Below, piece after piece: positions 49,767-54,044 of a stretch of 54,044 nt of DNA. The stretch spans positions 1-54,044 of the forward strand of contig CAITSA010000027.1 of NCBI GenBank assembly GCA_903894955.1. Reading direction: 5' to 3'. Origin of the DNA: an uncultured bacterium. GTDB taxonomy: Bacteria; Patescibacteriota; Minisyncoccia; Phycocordibacterales; UBA9973. The notes below the pieces were generated by a model. The model saw only the letters and a list, made by a program, of their open reading frames with translations. It was not told the DNA's origin and ran no database searches. Made by a program: the position numbers and the translations under genes. Within the stretch, counting starts at the first letter, position 1; every line of letters begins with the position of its first letter.

Positions 49767-50516
49767 ATGCAAATTAATGATCAAAAACCAATAGTTGGGG
49801 CAATACTTGTAGTAGGATTACTAATCGCTGGAGCCATTTTATTAAAGGGTAATTCCAATTCCACACCTAAAAATGACAATGCAAATGGAATTCCAGTAAC
49901 TACAACCACCTTATCCCCCGTCGGAGCCCTTGATAGAACACTTGGAAATCCAAATGCAAAAGTCACCGTTATTATGTATGCTGATTTTCAATGTCCGTTT
50001 TGTGGGGCAGTTTCTGGTTTAATGCCATCTAACTCATCTCTAATCCAATCCTTAAAACAAAGAGATCCAAATTGGACTCCTTCTACCTCGGGGATTATTG
50101 ATAATTATGTAAAAAATGGAAGTGTGTTATTTGTTTATAGAGACTGGGCATTCTTAGGGCCAGAATCAGTAAAAGCCGCAGAAGCTGCACGATGCGCCGG
50201 AGATCAAGGAAAATTCTGGGAATATCATGATTATCTTTATTCTCACCAAAATGGAGAAAATCAAGGAAACTTTTCTGATCCACACTTAAAATCTTTTGCC
50301 AAAGAGCTTGGTTTAGACACCTCTAGTTTTGATAAGTGTTTAGATGGTAATAAATACACACAGGCTGTCACTGATTCTAAAAATGAGGGCACTACGGCTG
50401 GAGTCAATGGCACACCGAAAGGATTCATCTTAAAAAATGGAAAACTTGTGGGAACAATTGAGGGTGCAGAACCATTTTCTTCAGTAAAAACAAAAATTGA
50501 TGCTGCGTTGAAATAA
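49767..50516 (+). CDS. DsbA-family thiol:disulfide oxidoreductase (membrane-anchored)
   Basis: 249-aa ORF with an N-terminal TM segment, the active site FQCPFCG, and GTPKGFIL near the C-terminus (cis-Pro loop). Confidence 0.8.
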   Translation: MQINDQKPIVGAILVVGLLIAGAILLKGNSNSTPKNDNANGIPVTTTTLSPVGALDRTLGNPNAKVTVIMYADFQCPFCGAVSGLMPSNSSLIQSLKQRDPNWTPSTSGIIDNYVKNGSVLFVYRDWAFLGPESVKAAEAARCAGDQGKFWEYHDYLYSHQNGENQGNFSDPHLKSFAKELGLDTSSFDKCLDGNKYTQAVTDSKNEGTTAGVNGTPKGFILKNGKLVGTIEGAEPFSSVKTKIDAALK

Positions 50517-50588
50517 AACCACCTCGGCTTTTGAATTTAATTCCGCTCTTGAGGAATACTCACTACTGTTGGGAAGATGGATGTGTTT

Positions 50589-50633
50589 ATCCACCCCGCC
50601 TCGGATTACCGAGCCACCCCTCAAGAGGGGAAT
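50589..50633. repeat. Left ~45-nt inverted repeat flanking the DUF559 gene
   Basis: atccaccccgcctcggattaccgagccacccctcaagaggggaat. It contains nested palindromes and supplies the last 5 codons and the stop. Confidence 0.75.
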
Positions 50634-51094
50634 AATTCTAATTCCGCTTTCCTTTTGTGTATTGTTTCCAAAACTAATTTATAGACACTAGCTAAATTTT
50701 TCTTTACATCAGTATCAAGTATTCTAATAACTTTTAAATTTAAATCTTTCATAAAAGCATCTCTTTCAGTGTCATATTCTAGTTTATTATTATGACTAGA
50801 TCCATCTATTTCAAAGACTAAACCTAACTCTGGAATAAAAAAATCAACAATATAGTTACCCACAATAACTTGTCTATCTATATCAAAACCTAACTTATTT
50901 TTATTCTTAAAAGTTTGCCAAAATAAAACTTCAGATAAATTACCTGCTTTTCTTAAATCTTTTGCTCTATCTTTTAAAAGTTTATTCTTAGGAATTTCCC
51001 AATATGGATATAGAGATTTTGGATTCCAAAATTCCCCTCTTGAGGGGTGTCTCGATTTTAATCGAGACGGGGTGGATGATTTCTTTTTAAGCAT
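50621..51094 (-). CDS. DUF559 (Vsr-like endonuclease fold) protein
   Basis: 157-aa ORF. SEVLFWQ...FDIDRQVIVGNYIVDFFIPELGLVFEIDGSSH is the DUF559 core. The first ~20 aa are encoded by the right inverted repeat, so the true start is uncertain. Confidence 0.75.
   Translation of the reverse strand: MLKKKSSTPSRLKSRHPSRGEFWNPKSLYPYWEIPKNKLLKDRAKDLRKAGNLSEVLFWQTFKNKNKLGFDIDRQVIVGNYIVDFFIPELGLVFEIDGSSHNNKLEYDTERDAFMKDLNLKVIRILDTDVKKNLASVYKLVLETIHKRKAELELFPS
51031..51077. repeat. Right ~47-nt inverted repeat flanking the DUF559 gene
   Basis: The reverse complement atccaccccgtctcgattaaaatcgagacacccctcaagaggggaat aligns with 50589-50633. It shares GGGGTGTCTCG with the tgt insertion at 39737. Confidence 0.75.
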
Positions 51095-51451
51095 TTTGAG
51101 TTATATTTAAAACCATTTTTACTCTAGGAGTTCCGTCACCAAAATAATTTTCTTTTCTTTCTGTAATTTTAAAACCAAATGATTCATAAAATTTAACTGC
51201 TTTATTTTCTGGATGAGTCACAAGCCAGATTTTTGATGCGCCTGATACTTTGGCTATAAATTGTTTCATAATTTCTCTACTTAGTCCCTTCCCTTGAAAA
51301 TCTGGATTGACTGCCAACACATTTAAATAAACTTTGGTCCAGCTAGTTTTTTATCTAAAGCAAAAAAAGTTTCAAGATCTGCATCAGTGCCTTCTACTAA
51401 AGTAACTGGTCCTAGTTCTTGAGTATGTTTTATTTCATCTAAATTATCCAT
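51087..51451 (-). pseudogene. GNAT acetyltransferase interrupted by a frameshift
   Basis: The N-terminal piece (51323-51451; MDNLDEIKHTQELGPVTLVEGTDADLETFFALDKKLAGPKFI) ends in TAA. The downstream frame continues ...YLNVLAVNPDFQGKGLSREIMKQF...FYESFGFK (GNAT motif A). Confidence 0.55.
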
Positions 51452-51472
51452 ATATTTATTACAATTGCTTGT

Positions 51473-52732
51473 TTAGTCAAAATAGTTTTTAAGTCTCGCA
51501 ATTTTTTCGTGCTGGCGAAGTTTTTCATGAACCTTCGCTTCAATTTGACGAATACGCTCACGAGTTACACCAAACTCTTCCCCTACCCGCTCAAGGGTGT
51601 GCTGAATACCATCAAGAAGCCCGTAGCGCATTTCTAAAATTTTGCGTTCTTTTGGATTAAGCTCATCTAAAACTTCCCGAATCTGATCAGAGAGAATTCG
51701 GCGAGAAGATTCTTGGTCTGGACGTAAAATTTTATCATCTGGAATAAAATTCTCTAAGGTTGATTTATCGTCATCATCTCCCACTGGTTGCTCTAAGGAA
51801 ACAGTTTCTTGACTAATATTTTCAATCACGTGAATTTTTTCTACTGGAATACCCATTTCTGTTGCAATCTCTTCGGCTAATGGTTCACGACCCAAGTCCT
51901 GACTGAGGCGACGATGAGTTTGTTTATATTTGGAAATTGTTTCAACCATATGAACTGGAATACGGATGGTTCTAGATTGATCAGCCAAGGCACGAGTGAT
52001 TGATTGACGAATCCACCAAGTGGCGTAAGTGGAAAATTTATATCCTTTTGTCCAATCAAATTTCTCAACCGCTTTAAATAATCCTAAATTTCCTTCTTGG
52101 ATCAAATCAAGCAGAGTTAAGTTTGCACTTCTACCCACATATTTTTTTGCGATAGAAACCACCAAGCGAAGATTGGCGCGGGCTAATAAATTTTTTGCTT
52201 CTATGTCCCCACGTTCAATACGCTTGGCCAAATCTTTTTCATCGTTCGCCCGAATTAAAGCATACTGCCCTATTTCCTTTAGATACATCTGGATAGAATC
52301 ATGAATGCTTCCTTTGTTTAAATCTTTGTCGTTCAAATCAAGGTCTAAATTGAGCAAATTTCCCCCTTCTAATACATCGATAGACGCGGTTGAAAACTTT
52401 TCATAAAGTTCATCTAAGAATAAAATATTGTTTTCTATGTCAGGAAAAGTTTTTAATATCTCATCATAAGTAATAAACCCGCGCTTTCTTCCTTTTTCTA
52501 TGAGTACATTGGCCAAGCGATTTAACCCTTCTGCTTTTTTTTCAGCATAAGACAATTTCTTTGCCTGCCTCTTCGAACCAAGACGGGATTTTTTAACTTT
52601 TCCGCCTCTTCGGCGGATCGCCGTTGAGGCGATTTTCTTTTTCTTAATTTTCTTTTTTATTTTTTTCTTTTTCTGAATCTTTTTAACTCTTTTTACTGCT
52701 TTCTTTTTTATTTTTTTATTTTTCTTTTTCAT
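51473..52732 (-). CDS. rpoD: Primary RNA polymerase sigma factor (sigma-70 family) with poly-lysine N-terminal extension
   Basis: 419-aa ORF with region 2 ([16 protein letters not shown]), region 3, and region 4.2 ([23 protein letters not shown]). The first ~60 aa are almost entirely K/R. Confidence 0.93.
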   Translation of the reverse strand: MKKKNKKIKKKAVKRVKKIQKKKKIKKKIKKKKIASTAIRRRGGKVKKSRLGSKRQAKKLSYAEKKAEGLNRLANVLIEKGRKRGFITYDEILKTFPDIENNILFLDELYEKFSTASIDVLEGGNLLNLDLDLNDKDLNKGSIHDSIQMYLKEIGQYALIRANDEKDLAKRIERGDIEAKNLLARANLRLVVSIAKKYVGRSANLTLLDLIQEGNLGLFKAVEKFDWTKGYKFSTYATWWIRQSITRALADQSRTIRIPVHMVETISKYKQTHRRLSQDLGREPLAEEIATEMGIPVEKIHVIENISQETVSLEQPVGDDDDKSTLENFIPDDKILRPDQESSRRILSDQIREVLDELNPKERKILEMRYGLLDGIQHTLERVGEEFGVTRERIRQIEAKVHEKLRQHEKIARLKNYFD

Positions 52733-54044
52733 GTTTTTGTTTGTTTAATTCTTGTATTTCTATTAAAAGCTTCGTTTCCCTGTCCTTATCTTTGATACTA
52801 CGCAATTCTTGCATCTTTCGCAAGAGCTCTTCATTTATGCGTTCTTTATCTAAATTAGCTAGTAATTCTCGTATTTCTTTTTCTAAATTCTCATGATCAC
52901 CGTAAAACACTTCCGCTTCAAATATTAAATCATTTTCTGAATCCTTGTATTTTTCTAAAAGTCCAGGAAGTAATTTTTCAAGTTCTTTGTCCTTCCTCCA
53001 TAAAGCTATGCCCAGTAATTTACGTTCGATATAATCCTTCCGGTGCAAAGTACTCAAGGCTTCTTTGGCTTCTTTTATTTCTTCCTTTTCATATTTAAAT
53101 TCTTTTTCAATTTTTTGCAAATCATCCTGCAAAGCATTAATCGGTATGCTTGACTGATCACTGATTATTTTTATAAAATGCATTTTTTCTATCGAGCTGT
53201 CTAGTGCATTCACGAAAGGTAATATTTTTTCTCTTATTTCCTTGCCTACTTTTCTCGCATCGTTGCCAAAATTCTTAAGAGCTTTATTCAAAAGAAATTC
53301 AATGATATGTTTAGAGTTTTTTATCGCTTCGCGCCAAGCATCCGCTCCATTTTTACTAATTAAATCAGCCGGATCTACACCTTCCGGCATTTCCACAACT
53401 TTCACGTCCATACCGAGAGATAAAGCAATCTTGCCTGCTCGGATTGTAGCATTGGCCCCAGCCTTATCCGCGTCAAAAGAGAGCACGATGTTGGAAGAGA
53501 GACGACGCACCAACCCAAGATTGGAAACGACATTTTCTTTGGAAACAGTCGAATCAGAAAGAGCCGTACCAGAAGTGGCTATTGTATTCTTATATCCCGC
53601 TTGATGTGACAAAATAAGGTCCATTTGCCCTTCCACCAATATGGAGAAATTATTCTTGCGGATGGAATCCTTGGCTTGGTCGATGCCATAGAGCACTGCG
53701 TGCTTGCTGAAAATCGGGGTCTCGGGACTATTTAGATATTTTGCCGACTTGCCGTCATCTGTGAAAATCCTACCAGAAAATGCCACAACGCGACCACTTG
53801 AATCCATAATCGGAAACATGATTCGTCCACGAAAACGGTCATAATATCCCTTATCTGTCTTTTTAACCAATCCTACTTTCTCTATTTCATTATCTGTAAA
53901 ACCTTTTTTCTGCAAATAAAAATACAACAACCGCCAATCATTGAGAGCGAAACCAATGCGGAAATCTCTAATACTCTTCTCCACTAGCCCACGGGATTTC
54001 AGATATTCCTCTACTTCTTTGTTGCCTTTTAAATTATTTTCATA
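52716..54044 (-). CDS. dnaG: DNA primase, partial (N-terminus beyond the window edge)
   Basis: The reading frame stays open to the window end (upstream of the track Met it reads ...[24 protein letters not shown]). TOPRIM motifs are [10 protein letters not shown] and [10 protein letters not shown]. It overlaps rpoD by 17 nt. Confidence 0.9.
   Translation of the reverse strand, partial: YENNLKGNKEVEEYLKSRGLVEKSIRDFRIGFALNDWRLLYFYLQKKGFTDNEIEKVGLVKKTDKGYYDRFRGRIMFPIMDSSGRVVAFSGRIFTDDGKSAKYLNSPETPIFSKHAVLYGIDQAKDSIRKNNFSILVEGQMDLILSHQAGYKNTIATSGTALSDSTVSKENVVSNLGLVRRLSSNIVLSFDADKAGANATIRAGKIALSLGMDVKVVEMPEGVDPADLISKNGADAWREAIKNSKHIIEFLLNKALKNFGNDARKVGKEIREKILPFVNALDSSIEKMHFIKIISDQSSIPINALQDDLQKIEKEFKYEKEEIKEAKEALSTLHRKDYIERKLLGIALWRKDKELEKLLPGLLEKYKDSENDLIFEAEVFYGDHENLEKEIRELLANLDKERINEELLRKMQELRSIKDKDRETKLLIEIQELNKQKHEKEK

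Overview
This is a 54-kb, visibly AT-rich (about one-third G+C by eye) bacterial chromosome segment, densely coding on both strands. The gene style suggests a Patescibacteria/CPR-like genome, which is inference only. The signs are tightly packed, overlapping operons, a ProRS without an editing domain, a sigma-70 with a poly-lysine N-terminus, one 2,929-aa tail-fibre-like surface protein, and scattered HNH/DUF559/Y1-transposase/serine-recombinase genes. Housekeeping content: cysK, a CDF transporter, tRNA-Ala(UGC), RNase P RNA, mltG, tgt, mreB-mreC, proS, rpsB-tsf, tRNA-Thr(UGU) and dnaG-rpoD. Accessory content: (i) 382-8273 holds a six-gene, translationally coupled type I R-M operon (hsdM-X-hsdS-Y-hsdR-DUF45). 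It carries two uncharacterised passengers, a 2-TM/coiled-coil/zinc-ribbon protein and a HEPN-like protein. (ii) 8.4-10.3 kb holds a wHTH protein, a SLOG/DprA-like protein and a ~400-nt GC-rich, heavily base-paired non-coding element, next to a truncated dehydrogenase gene. (iii) A large serine recombinase abuts and overlaps tRNA-Ala, followed by a SAM-I riboswitch in front of an unknown protein, a second structured leader and an iteron-like repeat array. (iv) A homospermidine operon combines ODC (with a SEC-C tail), Hss, an EamA exporter and two unknown ORFs. (v) A Y1/HUH transposase is bracketed by REP-like hairpins. (vi) The giant protein has an HTH-TM-collagen-fibre-S74 architecture. (vii) Short GC-rich palindromes sit in frame inside housekeeping genes; an 18-nt palindrome encodes LPAQxGK in mreC, proS and tsf. 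The best candidates for something new are the R-M-embedded passenger module, the GC-rich structured element with its inverted 36-nt partner, the giant fibre, and the in-frame palindrome family. All family calls come from motifs read by eye. No database search, folding or statistics were run.
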